From a virus (Duplodnaviria; Caudoviricetes): 64,000 nucleotides of DNA. The notes under the pieces are model-generated. The model was not told the origin of the DNA, searched no databases, and was given only the letters and a program-made list of their open reading frames with translations. This document shows, piece by piece, positions 9,581-18,876 of the stretch. The stretch is from positions 1-64,000 of the IMG/VR virus record IMGVR_UViG_2716884858_000003, one strand, 5' to 3'. The position numbers were made by a program, and so were the translations under genes. Positions within the stretch are counted from its first letter, which is position 1, and every line of letters begins with the position of its first letter.

Positions 9581-10212
9581 ACTACGGCGTACAGACGATC
9601 CACGAGAGCGTTCCCGACGTCCGGCCCGTCGACGGGCCTCGGGTGGTCGGTGTGGACACCAGCCTGACCGCCACCGGCCTGGCCTCCTCGGAGGGCTGGT
9701 GCCGGGTGATCGGCTACGTGGACAGGAGCAAGAAGCACCCGATCAGCAAGCTGCCCCGCGTCGAGCGGCTGGCCCACATGAACGTGTTGCTGGACGCCGT
9801 CATGGCCGGAATCGGGAACCCGGACCTGGCCGTCATCGAGGGCGCCGCCCTGTCCAAGGCGTCCGGCGGAGCGCATGAGCGCGGCTGGCTGTGGTGGCGG
9901 GTGTTCGAGCGGCTGCTGGACGCCGGGACTCCGGTGGGGATCGTGTCGACCAACCAGCGCATCCACTACGCCACCGGCAAGGGCACCGGCTCCAAGGGCG
10001 TTGTCCTGGAGCAGGTGGTGCGCCGCTGGCCTGAGTGGCAGACCGCTGGCAACGACAACGCGGCGGACGCCGTGGTGTTGATGGCCGCGGGCCGGGACTG
10101 GCTGCACCACCCGATCGGCGACGTCCCCAAGGTGCACCGCAAGGCCGTCGACAACGCCGACTGGCCGGACGCCATCGATGGCGCCCTCCTCGGGGCGGGG
10201 GCGCGGTCATGA
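9577..10212 (+). CDS. RuvC-like Holliday junction resolvase
   Basis: VVGVDTSLTATG, AVIEG, YATGKG, DNAADA. Confidence 0.88.
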   Translation: MNYGVQTIHESVPDVRPVDGPRVVGVDTSLTATGLASSEGWCRVIGYVDRSKKHPISKLPRVERLAHMNVLLDAVMAGIGNPDLAVIEGAALSKASGGAHERGWLWWRVFERLLDAGTPVGIVSTNQRIHYATGKGTGSKGVVLEQVVRRWPEWQTAGNDNAADAVVLMAAGRDWLHHPIGDVPKVHRKAVDNADWPDAIDGALLGAGARS

Positions 10213-10652
10213 GCTGGGAGGCCATTACCCGGGCTCTGCAGAACGGCGACCCGAGGGAGCTGTCGGACCGGGCACTGGCCGCCGCGCACGGGTGCAGCGA
10301 GGGCCTGGTGGCCCGGGCCCGCCGCACCCTGCGCCTGCCCGGCTACCGCCCAGGCAAGCGGTCCTGCCCGCAGACGCTGCGCCAGGCATTCATGGAGCGC
10401 TCCCGGGAGGTGGCCGGCGGCCACCGGGAGTGGAGGGCCCAGACCACCGAGAGCGGCGTGCCGGTGCTGTCGTGGCGCGGTCTGCACGTCACGGCCGGTC
10501 GGGTCGCTTTCAAGTTGGCCACCGGCCGGGACGCGGAGGGCAACGTCAAGGCCACCTGCACGTACCCGCATTGTGTGGCCCCCGGGCACCAGGCGGACCG
10601 GCCGATGCGGGAGGCGCTGCGCGCCGAGCTCCCGGTGGAGGTGGCCGCGTGA
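10209..10652 (+). CDS. HTH plus degenerate HNH-like domain protein
   Basis: SDRALAAAHGCSEGLV HTH; C-terminal CTYPHCVAPGH. Confidence 0.6.
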   Translation: MSWEAITRALQNGDPRELSDRALAAAHGCSEGLVARARRTLRLPGYRPGKRSCPQTLRQAFMERSREVAGGHREWRAQTTESGVPVLSWRGLHVTAGRVAFKLATGRDAEGNVKATCTYPHCVAPGHQADRPMREALRAELPVEVAA

Positions 10653-10990
10653 GCGTGGTCGACCGCCTGGCGGAGAGGTCCGCGCGCACCCTCGCCGGTT
10701 CCATGCCGGCGGGGGTGGGCCGGGGGGAGCTGCTCGCCGTCGCGCGTCGCCTCGCCGGCGCCCCGGAGGGGGCCACCTGGTGGCGCGGCCGGGACCTGGT
10801 GGCGGTTGCCCGCGCGGCGGACCTGGCCGCCGTCCTCCCGGTGCTGGACGAGGAGCGGGAGGAGCCGCGGCTGGCGGCGCTGGTGATGGCCGCGGTCGGT
10901 ATCGGCATCCAGGAGACCGCGGACCGTCTGGGCTGGGCGGAGCGGACCGTGTCCCGCTGGCGCGAGGCGGCGGAGGCGGGCCGTGCTTGA
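10649..10990 (+). CDS. Small HTH protein
   Basis: IQETADRLGWAERTVSRWR. Confidence 0.6.
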   Translation: MSVVDRLAERSARTLAGSMPAGVGRGELLAVARRLAGAPEGATWWRGRDLVAVARAADLAAVLPVLDEEREEPRLAALVMAAVGIGIQETADRLGWAERTVSRWREAAEAGRA

Positions 10991-11270
10991 CGCCTACCTC
11001 CGCATTGCTGACGCGCTGCTGCCGGTCGTGATGACCGTGCCGGTGTGGGGGCCGCTGCTGCTCGTCGGGACGGTCGCCGTCCTGATGTGGCAGCGGCGGC
11101 CCGCCGCCCGGGCGGTGTCCGGACATGTCTCGGACCCCGTCCGGACGTGCGCGGACACCGGCCCGGACACCCACACCCCCAGTGCTGTGACCTGCGCGGA
11201 CGCGTGTCCGGGCGTGTCCGCGGATACCTGGGCGGACGTGCCCGGACGCGAGGCAAGGGGCGAACAGTGA
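10983..11270 (+). CDS. Small membrane protein containing a GGACA motif cluster
   Basis: Hydrophobic N-terminus; coupled overlaps at both ends. Confidence 0.5.
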   Translation: MLDAYLRIADALLPVVMTVPVWGPLLLVGTVAVLMWQRRPAARAVSGHVSDPVRTCADTGPDTHTPSAVTCADACPGVSADTWADVPGREARGEQ

Positions 11271-11617
11271 CGTCGATCTTTCCCGCCCGTAAGGCGCCGG
11301 ACAACCTGCCGCGGCCCGTCCACTGGGCGAGCGCCGCGGTGTGCAAGCAGAGGGACGTGGACCCGGAGATCTTCTTTCCGGTCCCCACCGACCTGGTGGC
11401 CGTCGAGCACGCCAAGAGCTTCTGCCGTCGCTGCCCGGTGCAGATGCGATGCCGTACGGACGCCCTCAACCGGGGTGAGGAGCACGGCGTATGGGGCGGC
11501 CTGGACGAGGACGAGCTACGCGCCGTGCGCAAGGTCCGCCGGGCTGCCGCCGCCAAGCAGGCCGCCCAGGAGAAGCAGGCCGCCGACGACCTCGACGCGC
11601 TGGCCAAGGCCGGCTGA
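11267..11617 (+). CDS. WhiB-family transcriptional regulator
   Basis: W..AVC...DPEIFFP...AK.FC.RCPV...C...AL...GVWGG. Confidence 0.93.
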   Translation: MTSIFPARKAPDNLPRPVHWASAAVCKQRDVDPEIFFPVPTDLVAVEHAKSFCRRCPVQMRCRTDALNRGEEHGVWGGLDEDELRAVRKVRRAAAAKQAAQEKQAADDLDALAKAG

Positions 11618-11669
11618 CCACCTCCTGCCCTACACCACTGACCTGACCACCAACTGAGGGGAGCCACCC

Positions 11670-11969
11670 GTGGCCATCACCGAACGCGAGATCCGCATCA
11701 GGTTCGCCCCGCCCAGGACCGACGAGGTCCGCAATGACATAAAGGCCCAGATCTCCGCCAAGGCCGAAGAGTTGGCGCTGCTCATCCATGAGCTGGTGCC
11801 CGGCTGCCGTGAGCAGTCCGAGGCGATCAGCGGCGTGGAGCACGCCGTGCAGTGGGCGCACGACGGGGTGGACCGGCGCCTGGTCCTGCCCGGCGAGCAG
11901 CGCCCGGCCCTGGCCCCGTTGATGGCCGCCGAGAGCGGGCCCGCCCCCGACCGGCCGGGAGGTGCGTGA
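11670..11969 (+). CDS. Acb2/Tad1-like small helical protein (candidate nucleotide sponge)
   Basis: RF.P...KAEELALLIHELVP..REQS.AI..VE.AV.WA resembles the REKSLAITKLEEAVMWA pattern. Confidence 0.6.
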   Translation: MAITEREIRIRFAPPRTDEVRNDIKAQISAKAEELALLIHELVPGCREQSEAISGVEHAVQWAHDGVDRRLVLPGEQRPALAPLMAAESGPAPDRPGGA

Positions 11970-12169
11970 TGGCGCTGCAAATTACCGGCCTGGGCGTGGC
12001 GGACTACCAGGAGATCGTGGAGGCCCTGCTGGTCGCCTCCGACCACGCCGGGGGCCCGGAGGTCGCCGAGCGCCGCCGGGAGATCGCGGACCGGATCGGG
12101 GCCGCCCTGGAGACGCTGCCGCCGCCGCGTGAGGCCCTGGAGGCCCGGGAGGCGGTGAGGGGCCAGTGA
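11969..12169 (+). CDS. Hypothetical phage protein
   Basis: TGATG coupling, GGAGG RBS. Confidence 0.55.
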   Translation: MALQITGLGVADYQEIVEALLVASDHAGGPEVAERRREIADRIGAALETLPPPREALEAREAVRGQ

Positions 12170-12630
12170 TCGGACCGAAGGACCTGGATCCACTGGCGCA
12201 AGAGATCCTGCGCCACACCCTGGACGGCGACCTCGCGGTGGCCGCCTCGTTCCTGGACGTCGTCACCGAACACGGCGATGGCGCGGACCTGTTCGGCGTG
12301 TGCTGCGCCGCGGCCGAGACCGCGCGCGGCGCCCTGCTCACGCTGTTCCCCGACGCCGGCGCGGCCGAGGGCGACAGATGGCAGCTGCCCCCGGGCCTGG
12401 CCGACCAGCTCGCCGCCGACCCGCATCGGCTGTTCGCCGCCAGGTTCACCACCGCCTACCTCAACGACGACCGCGTGATGGCGCTCGCGCTGTTCCAGGC
12501 CACCGAGGCGGCCGGCTGCCGGGACCGCACGGAGTCCATCTGTGCCCTGCTCGCGCACGTGCGCTGCCTGACCCTGCGGGCCGAGCAGGGGCCTGCAACA
12601 CCCGACCACCCGGGAGGCGTTCCCGCATGA
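12166..12630 (+). CDS. Hypothetical phage protein
   Basis: GTGA overlap. Confidence 0.6.
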   Translation: MIGPKDLDPLAQEILRHTLDGDLAVAASFLDVVTEHGDGADLFGVCCAAAETARGALLTLFPDAGAAEGDRWQLPPGLADQLAADPHRLFAARFTTAYLNDDRVMALALFQATEAAGCRDRTESICALLAHVRCLTLRAEQGPATPDHPGGVPA

Positions 12631-12863
12631 CCACCGACACGATGCCCACGCGCGCCAAGTGGCAGCCCGTCAAGGGCGAGCACCGACAGCGGATGCGCGC
12701 CGAGGCGGCCAAGGACTACGTGGACGGGTCCAGCATCCGAGCCGTGGCCGCCCACCTGTCCGAGAGGTACGGGCCCGTCAGCTTCGGCCTGGCCCGGGAC
12801 CTGCTCCTGGAGGCCGAGGTGCCCATGCGGTCCAGGACCAGCGGCCTGCGCCGCCGTTCCTGA
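12627..12863 (+). CDS. Small HTH protein
   Basis: YVDGSSIRAVA...SFGLARDLLLEA.V.MR. Confidence 0.7.
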   Translation: MTTDTMPTRAKWQPVKGEHRQRMRAEAAKDYVDGSSIRAVAAHLSERYGPVSFGLARDLLLEAEVPMRSRTSGLRRRS

Positions 12864-12902
12864 CCGCCTGCCTCTCTGTCCCTGCTCCAGGAAGGCACCA
12901 GC

Positions 12903-13265
12903 GTGCCCCTCTTCACCAACCGTCAAATCATCATCGGCGTCGGCCTGGTCGCGTTGATCGTGCTGCTGCTCTCGTGCGGCGCCGCTGTCCGCGACGACGG
13001 CGACGCCGACGACTGCCGCGGCCTGGGTCTGGCCGCCGCTGCCAAGGGCACGCCCAAGCCTGCGAGACCGGCCGCACCGGCGGCGCCTCGGGTGCCGGTG
13101 CGCAAGGACCCGGCCCCGGCTCGCACGGCCCGCCCGGTGGCTACCCCGGCCCCGGCCAGCACCGTGCGCAAGGTGCCCGCCCCGGCCGCGACGCGCACCG
13201 TCACCGCCCACCCGCATGGCCACGACCACGGCGGCGTGGACGTCGACCTGGACGTGTGCGGCTGA
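12903..13265 (+). CDS. Putative secreted or membrane-anchored Pro/Ala-rich protein
   Basis: Hydrophobic N-terminus followed by LLSC. Confidence 0.5.
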   Translation: MPLFTNRQIIIGVGLVALIVLLLSCGAAVRDDGDADDCRGLGLAAAAKGTPKPARPAAPAAPRVPVRKDPAPARTARPVATPAPASTVRKVPAPAATRTVTAHPHGHDHGGVDVDLDVCG

Positions 13266-13367
13266 CCCTCAGACCACCCTCCCAGCGCGGCCCGGGCCTC
13301 TTCCCCCTCCCTCTGGGCCCGGGCCGCGCGCACCCTCTCTCCGTCCTCGACGCCGAAGGAGACCCCG

Positions 13368-13676
13368 ATGCCCCAGCGCTCCTACTGCCCGACCTGCGGG
13401 GCCGAGATCCGGTGGACCGTCACCGAGGCCCGTAAGCGCCTGGCGGTCGACGCCGAGCCGCATCCGGACGGCAACACCGCGGTGTCCCGTGACGGGCGCG
13501 GCACCTGGCTGTCGCGCCGGCCGACTGAGGAGCTGCCGCTGGCCGCCTACGAGAAGTTGCACAAGCCGCACGTGGCCACCTGCAAGGGCCGCCAGGACAA
13601 GGCGGAGCTGACGCGCTGCCTGGGCGTGATCCGGCTGGATGACCATCGCCGGGGCCGAGGCGTACCGGGCCGTTGA
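13368..13676 (+). CDS. Zinc-binding hypothetical phage protein
   Basis: CPTCG.EIRW...PH.ATC; AAGGAG RBS. Confidence 0.7.
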   Translation: MPQRSYCPTCGAEIRWTVTEARKRLAVDAEPHPDGNTAVSRDGRGTWLSRRPTEELPLAAYEKLHKPHVATCKGRQDKAELTRCLGVIRLDDHRRGRGVPGR

Positions 13677-13712
13677 CCTGCTGTTACGAGATGCGTACAC
13701 GGACACAGCATT

Positions 13713-13746
13713 GCAACTTGATATTGCAACGTCATCATGCAAGATT
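13713..13746 (+). promoter_or_regulatory. Degenerate copy of the 28-bp operator/promoter, upstream of the replication gene
   Basis: GCAACTTGATATTGCAAC; TTGATA-17 bp-AAGATT. Confidence 0.65.
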
Positions 13747-13824
13747 GCGGAGCGGAGGACGACGCAGCGCCCGATACGCCACGTCGCCGCCGCCCCCCAG
13801 TAACAGCGACCGAGAGAGACGACA

Positions 13825-14895
13825 GTGAGCACTGACGAGCAGGACACCCGGAAGGACGGCGGCGTGCCGAACTCCTTCGGGAACGCGCTCGCGTGGACCT
13901 GGACGCGCCAGATGCCGCGCGGCCTCAAGGGCGGATTCCTGTGCACGCTGTACGCGCTGCGCGCCATGGCGGCCCCGTCCGGGGAGCTGCGGTTCAAGGA
14001 CGGCAAGCCCATCCGGATCCAGGACATCGCCAAGGCCGCGGGATGCCGGGAGCAGGACGCTCGCCGCTACATGGAGGCCGGGCGCCTGGCGGGTGTGGTG
14101 CTGGTCGACGGCGAGCGCCGCCGCGGCCGGGCCACCCGGTACGTCATCTCCCCGGTGTCCTGGCCCGACTGGAAGGCCGCCGAGCACTACCTGAAGGGCA
14201 CCGCCCGCCGCCGCCAGGAGGAGGAGCCCGAGCAGAGTTCGGGCCACAGCGGCACGAACTCCCCGGAGGCTGGTTCGGTCCACAGCGGCACGAACCAGAT
14301 CGGGCCACAGAGGCACGAACTTGAGGCGGATGACGCCGAGGGCAATCGGGCCACAGTGGCACGTATGGGTTCGGGCCACAGTGGCACTAATGGTTCGGTC
14401 CACAGTGGCCCGAATAACCCAGGGGTTACCCAGGGGGTTACCCACGTACTGGCTGATGTAGGTACTCAAGCTCAGGTAGTTGGGGGCTCGGCAGCCAACA
14501 GCGATCACTCCAGCGGGAACCAGGCCAAGGCGGACGACGAGCCGTTCGGCCGGTGCGAGGAGTGCCACGTGCCGCTGGTGCGGCCGGGCCGCAAGCGCTG
14601 CGGGTTGCACGCCGAGACCCCCGCCCGGGGCCGGAACGCCCGTGCTGGCCGTGCGCGCCCGATCCAGGCGCCGCTGATGACTGTGGTCGCTGGAGATGCC
14701 GCAGGCCCGCAGGCGCCCGCCGAGGCGCCTCAGCAGCCCGCTACCAAGATCCCCAACCCCTGGGCCCCGGAGCGCACCTGCGGCTGCGGCCGGACCTACC
14801 GCACTGGTGAGAGCGCCTGCCCGCTGTGCATCGACCTCCAGCGCCAGGAGATCGCCCGACTCGCCGCCCACCACCCCAGCGCCCACACCGCCTGA
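13825..14895 (+). CDS. Phage replication initiator (N-terminal winged HTH, internal iterons)
   Basis: IRIQDIAKAAG...RGRATRY; repeats within the gene, as in lambda O-type initiators. Confidence 0.7.
   Translation: MSTDEQDTRKDGGVPNSFGNALAWTWTRQMPRGLKGGFLCTLYALRAMAAPSGELRFKDGKPIRIQDIAKAAGCREQDARRYMEAGRLAGVVLVDGERRRGRATRYVISPVSWPDWKAAEHYLKGTARRRQEEEPEQSSGHSGTNSPEAGSVHSGTNQIGPQRHELEADDAEGNRATVARMGSGHSGTNGSVHSGPNNPGVTQGVTHVLADVGTQAQVVGGSAANSDHSSGNQAKADDEPFGRCEECHVPLVRPGRKRCGLHAETPARGRNARAGRARPIQAPLMTVVAGDAAGPQAPAEAPQQPATKIPNPWAPERTCGCGRTYRTGESACPLCIDLQRQEIARLAAHHPSAHTA
14237..14443 (+). repeat. Iteron array, probable replication origin
   Basis: Six copies of TCGG(G/T)CCACAG(C/A/T)GGC(A/C)C followed by GGGGTTACCCA x2. 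Confidence 0.75.
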
Positions 14896-14958
14896 CCCAC
14901 CCCGGGGCGCTCCCGCCCGATACCGGAGCGCCCCGGCCACCGAGGAAGTGAGCCACCG

Positions 14959-15456
14959 ATGATCACCCGGCACCCGACCACCGCCGACGAGACAACCGGC
15001 ATGCAGCGCGGCCCGATCCGCTGGCCGGACGGCACCCCGCCCACCCCGTACGGCTGCCGCTGGTGCGGCATCGACCACGCGGAGCACCGCGACCGCCGCA
15101 CCGCGGCGGCCGGCCTGCACACCTGGCAGCGGCCCACCAACGCGCAGATCCTGGCCCGCATGCGCGCCCGCCGCGCCGCCCGCGCCGAGGCCCGCCGCCT
15201 GGCCGCCGTCCTAGTCGCGTTCGAGCGGGCCGCCGGCCTGGTCGGCCCGGCCGAACGCCGCCGCCGGGAACGCGCCGCCGCCCGCCGTTCCTGCACCACC
15301 TGCGAGCACTTCCTTCCCGCCACGCCCGTGGAGGAGCAGTGCAACCCCGACGGGTGCGGTTGCACCGGGTATCCGGACGCCTGCGACGTCCGCGCCGTCC
15401 CGGCAGGCACTGCCCTGCCCCTCGTCGGCTGCGCCAGGTGGGAGGCCGCCCGGTGA
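14959..15456 (+). CDS. Hypothetical phage protein
   Basis: PYGCRWCG..H...W.RPT.AQI.ARM motif. Confidence 0.6.
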   Translation: MITRHPTTADETTGMQRGPIRWPDGTPPTPYGCRWCGIDHAEHRDRRTAAAGLHTWQRPTNAQILARMRARRAARAEARRLAAVLVAFERAAGLVGPAERRRRERAAARRSCTTCEHFLPATPVEEQCNPDGCGCTGYPDACDVRAVPAGTALPLVGCARWEAAR

Positions 15457-15707
15457 GCGACGAGACCGAGACCGCCCCCGCCTTCCAGCTCACCCCCGAA
15501 CGCGTGGGGAGGATCCGCGAGTTGCTCGCCGAGCTCGTCACCGCCTGCGCCCCGCACGGCAAGGAGACCGTCGGCGACGCCGAGCACCGCGAGACGCTCG
15601 CCCGCTGCCGGGACGCCATCACCGACCTGATCAACGAGCGGGACGCCCTGGTCAAGGCCAACGGGGAGGCCGGCGAAGAACTGGCCCGCTGGATGGGGGA
15701 CCTGTGA
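15453..15707 (+). CDS. Hypothetical phage protein
   Basis: GTGA overlap, GGAGG RBS. Confidence 0.55.
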   Translation: MSDETETAPAFQLTPERVGRIRELLAELVTACAPHGKETVGDAEHRETLARCRDAITDLINERDALVKANGEAGEELARWMGDL

Positions 15708-16615
15708 CCGAGACCCGCAAGAAGCCCGGCCCACACCCGCAGGAGGCCCAGATCCTGGCCCTGATCGCACAGGGCCTGAACAACGCCGCCATCGCGGAGC
15801 GCCTGTTCTGTGGGCCTCGCGCGGTCCGCAAGGTGCGCGAGAACAATGACCTGCCCCCAGCGTCGCGCAACTCCTGGCGCCTGCCGCACCCCAAGGAGAA
15901 GGAGATCCGGCGGCTCCTGGCGGAGGACCTGACCGACGCGGAGATCCACCGCCGCACCGGCGCCAGTCCCGAGACGATCGCCACCAGGCGCAAGGAACTG
16001 CGTATCGGCCGGGCCCCGATGCCCAAGCCCAAGGCGCGCCCCCACCCCCGGGAGGCGGAGATCCTGGTGGAACTGCGGGCAGGCGGCACCAACAACGGCA
16101 TCGCCCGCAAGCTGGGCGTGGACAAGGTGGCCGTGGGCCGGATCCGCGGGGACCACCGCATCCCCAACACCTACGAGCGCAAGCGCGCCGAGCAGCCCAC
16201 CCTTGAGCAGCGCTGGCAGGAACTGGCCCGCACAGTGACCGGCGGACACGCGGAGTGGACCGGCAAGCGCAGCACGCCGTCCAACACGCCGATCCTGCGC
16301 CACCTCGGATCCTGGTACAGCCCGGCCGCCATCGCGTTCCGCATGCGCACCGGCCGGGAGCCTCACGGCCAGGTCCGCGCGGAATGTGACTTCCCCCAGT
16401 GCGTGGCCCCGGCCTGCGTGGAGGACGAGCCCGGCCGCCAGGCCCTGCGCCGACACCTCCGCGCCCTCCAGGGCCTGGGTCCCGTCCCGGACACCTGCCC
16501 CGGCAGCCACGACCAGGCCGTCGACGGCCGCCTCGACGCCAGCCTTCACGCCTACTGCGAGGGCTGCAAGCGCGACAAGGCGCGCGCCAAGAAGCAGGCA
16601 CGCACGACCACCTGA
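15704..16615 (+). CDS. Triple-HTH protein with degenerate HNH-like C-terminus
   Basis: Three PHPxE..I..L...G..N..IA repeats; CDFPQCVAP. Confidence 0.7.
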   Translation: MTETRKKPGPHPQEAQILALIAQGLNNAAIAERLFCGPRAVRKVRENNDLPPASRNSWRLPHPKEKEIRRLLAEDLTDAEIHRRTGASPETIATRRKELRIGRAPMPKPKARPHPREAEILVELRAGGTNNGIARKLGVDKVAVGRIRGDHRIPNTYERKRAEQPTLEQRWQELARTVTGGHAEWTGKRSTPSNTPILRHLGSWYSPAAIAFRMRTGREPHGQVRAECDFPQCVAPACVEDEPGRQALRRHLRALQGLGPVPDTCPGSHDQAVDGRLDASLHAYCEGCKRDKARAKKQARTTT

Positions 16616-16689
16616 CGCACCACCAACAGCCCGGGCCGCCCCCGCCCGATACGCGGGCCGGCCCGGCACCGACCAGAAAGACACCAGCC

Positions 16690-17164
16690 ATGACCACCAC
16701 CAACATCACCGACGCCGCCGGCCGCACCGTCCACCAGCAGGACCACGTGGGCGGCACCACCTCCGGCCGCTACCAGAACACCATCACCGGGCCCGTCGTC
16801 CAGATCGGGCGGGGCAAGGTCAAGGTCCGCGTGACCAACCGGCCCACCGTCGGCAGCGCGCGCCCAGAACGGCGATGACGTGTGGATCAGCGACGACCGC
16901 GTGTTCCTCATCCACCCCGCCACGGAGCGCCGGTTCACCGGCTACCGCACCCCGGACGGCCGGGTATGGACCCAGGCCGCCCGCGTCAAGGGCGTCCTGT
17001 GGGAGGCCCCGTTCGTGCCCGAGCGGTACGAGGCCACCCGCCTGCGCGGCATGTACGACGGCAACCTCCAGCCCGTGTGGGAGGACGTCCCCGCCCCCGC
17101 CGCCGATGAGGCCCAGCACGCCCACGACACCGCCCCCGGCCCGAACGCCGAGACCACCGCCTGA
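16690..17164 (+). pseudogene. Hypothetical gene probably split by a frameshift near 16865
   Basis: ORF 16690-16878 and ORF 16880-17164 join as ...SARP/NGDDVWISDD across a frame change; second ORF has no RBS. Confidence 0.4.
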
Positions 17165-17239
17165 CGCAAGACGGCGCCGATCGTCCCCACCCGATATGGG
17201 GGCCATCGGCGCCGGCACTCACCGTACTGGAGGAGCCCC

Positions 17240-17488
17240 GTGGCCGAGCAGCCCACTCCGCAGAAGACACCCGCCGAACGCGCGGCCGACCGCCCGCGCA
17301 CCTGGCGGCCGGACGGCCCCGGCTCCTTCCAGGCCCCGGACGGCGTCACCGCCGTCACCGACCGCACAGGCCGCCCGTGGACCCGCAACACCACCCGCTG
17401 GACGTGCACCGGCACCTGCTGGATCCGCTGGCGCGTCCTGGTCGCCGAGCACGGCCCGGTGACCGAGGCGAGACGAGCCCGGCCATGA
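17240..17488 (+). CDS. Hypothetical phage protein
   Basis: GGAGGAG RBS; W..LVAEHGPVTE ending. Confidence 0.65.
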   Translation: MAEQPTPQKTPAERAADRPRTWRPDGPGSFQAPDGVTAVTDRTGRPWTRNTTRWTCTGTCWIRWRVLVAEHGPVTEARRARP

Positions 17489-17910
17489 CCTGGGGCAGGC
17501 GGGTGCGCATCGCCCTGTACACCGTGGCGTTCGCCGTCCTGGGCTGGCACGGCGCCGCCGCCCTGTTCGCCGGCGTCTGGGTGCTCGCCGCCGCGCTCTA
17601 CGCCCTGGCGCTCGTCTTCGCCGTCGCCGCCTACGCGGAGTGGAGCACCGCCGCGGCATACGCCGACGCGGTCGACGCCCGCCTGCCCACCGACCCCACC
17701 AGCCGCGGCCACGCCCGCCTGCTCGCCCGCCGCGTCCTGCGCGACACGTGCGGCTGCAACCGCTGGTGGACCTCCTTCGGCACCGACCACGACCCCTGGT
17801 GTCCCGCCCAGACAGGAGCAGCCCATGCCCGAGCCCGCACCCGTCGACCCGTACCGCGACGCCGAGCTGTGGCAGCTGCTCGCCGTCACCACCGACACCG
17901 AGCGCGGTGA
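17485..17910 (+). CDS. Membrane hypothetical protein
   Basis: ATGA overlap, two hydrophobic segments, CGCNRWW..G.DHD..CP. Confidence 0.55.
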   Translation: MTWGRRVRIALYTVAFAVLGWHGAAALFAGVWVLAAALYALALVFAVAAYAEWSTAAAYADAVDARLPTDPTSRGHARLLARRVLRDTCGCNRWWTSFGTDHDPWCPAQTGAAHARARTRRPVPRRRAVAAARRHHRHRAR

Positions 17911-17977
17911 ATCCCCGCCAGGGCCGCGCCTGCCAGCCGGCACCGCTCGCCACCGTCACCCCGATCCGGAGCAACCG

Positions 17978-18406
17978 ATGACGACTCCGCCCGATCCCTG
18001 GCCCCTGCCGCAGCGCGGCCCGCTCATGCCGATGAACGGCACGGCCACCTGCCACACCAAGGATCACGAGAGCGCGCCCGTGTGCGGCAGGCCAGCCACC
18101 TGGCATATCGCCTGGACCCTCGAACCCGGCGTCGCCTCCTCCTTCGCCTGCGACGTGCACATGGACGCCATCCGCGCCGAGTACGTCTACACCGACCGCC
18201 ACCCGGTGGGCGCGGCCTGCCCGCTGCCCGGCATGACCTGGTGGGGCCTGCACGGACGGTGCGCCCTCGACCTCGACACCAGCCACGACCACACCCCCCC
18301 GGGAGATCACCCATGGCCGCCACTGACTGCGTCGGGTTCCTCGACGCCGACCTGCCGCCCGTACCGCCGCCCACCCCGCGAGCGCCTGCCGCCCTCACCG
18401 AGCTGA
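17978..18406 (+). CDS. Cys/His-rich hypothetical protein
   Basis: CGRPATWH...ACDVH motif; exact ends uncertain. Confidence 0.45.
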   Translation: MTTPPDPWPLPQRGPLMPMNGTATCHTKDHESAPVCGRPATWHIAWTLEPGVASSFACDVHMDAIRAEYVYTDRHPVGAACPLPGMTWWGLHGRCALDLDTSHDHTPPGDHPWPPLTASGSSTPTCRPYRRPPRERLPPSPS

Positions 18407-18876
18407 TCGCCGGCACTCTGTGGCCGCTCGCCGATTGGAAAGGCGACCGCGCCCAGTGCGAGCGCGCCGCCCAGGCCGTCGTCCGCCTCATCGTCTCCGT
18501 CAGCGCCACGACCGCCGCCCTGTATCGCGCGGCGGACGAGGAGACGCAGCGCCTGGTCGTCGACGCCGCCCGGGCGAACGCCACGATCGACCACCTGCGC
18601 AGCTGCATGGCCCGGTTGACCGGCCACAACCGCCAGGACCTGGACCCCCTGGCCGAGGCCAACTACGAGGCACGCGCCCGCGAGGCCGCCGTCGCCCAGG
18701 CCCGCCAGTGGGCCGAGCGGGCCCGCACCGCGGAGACCGCCGTCGACCGCGTCACCGCCTGGTGCAACGACCTCGACCACCGCGCCAAGGACCAGGCCGG
18801 CCCGGACGCCGTCCACCCCGTGGCCGCCCACGTCCGCCATCACCTGGCCGGCGCCACCGAGGAGGGACCGAAGTGA
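18313..18876 (+). CDS. Hypothetical phage protein
   Basis: GGAG RBS, coding-like composition. Confidence 0.55.
   Translation: MAATDCVGFLDADLPPVPPPTPRAPAALTELIAGTLWPLADWKGDRAQCERAAQAVVRLIVSVSATTAALYRAADEETQRLVVDAARANATIDHLRSCMARLTGHNRQDLDPLAEANYEARAREAAVAQARQWAERARTAETAVDRVTAWCNDLDHRAKDQAGPDAVHPVAAHVRHHLAGATEEGPK

Noticed and set aside
14237-14415. Short repeats as a mini-CRISPR
   Set aside because: Spacing is irregular and short, in frame within a coding gene; iterons fit better
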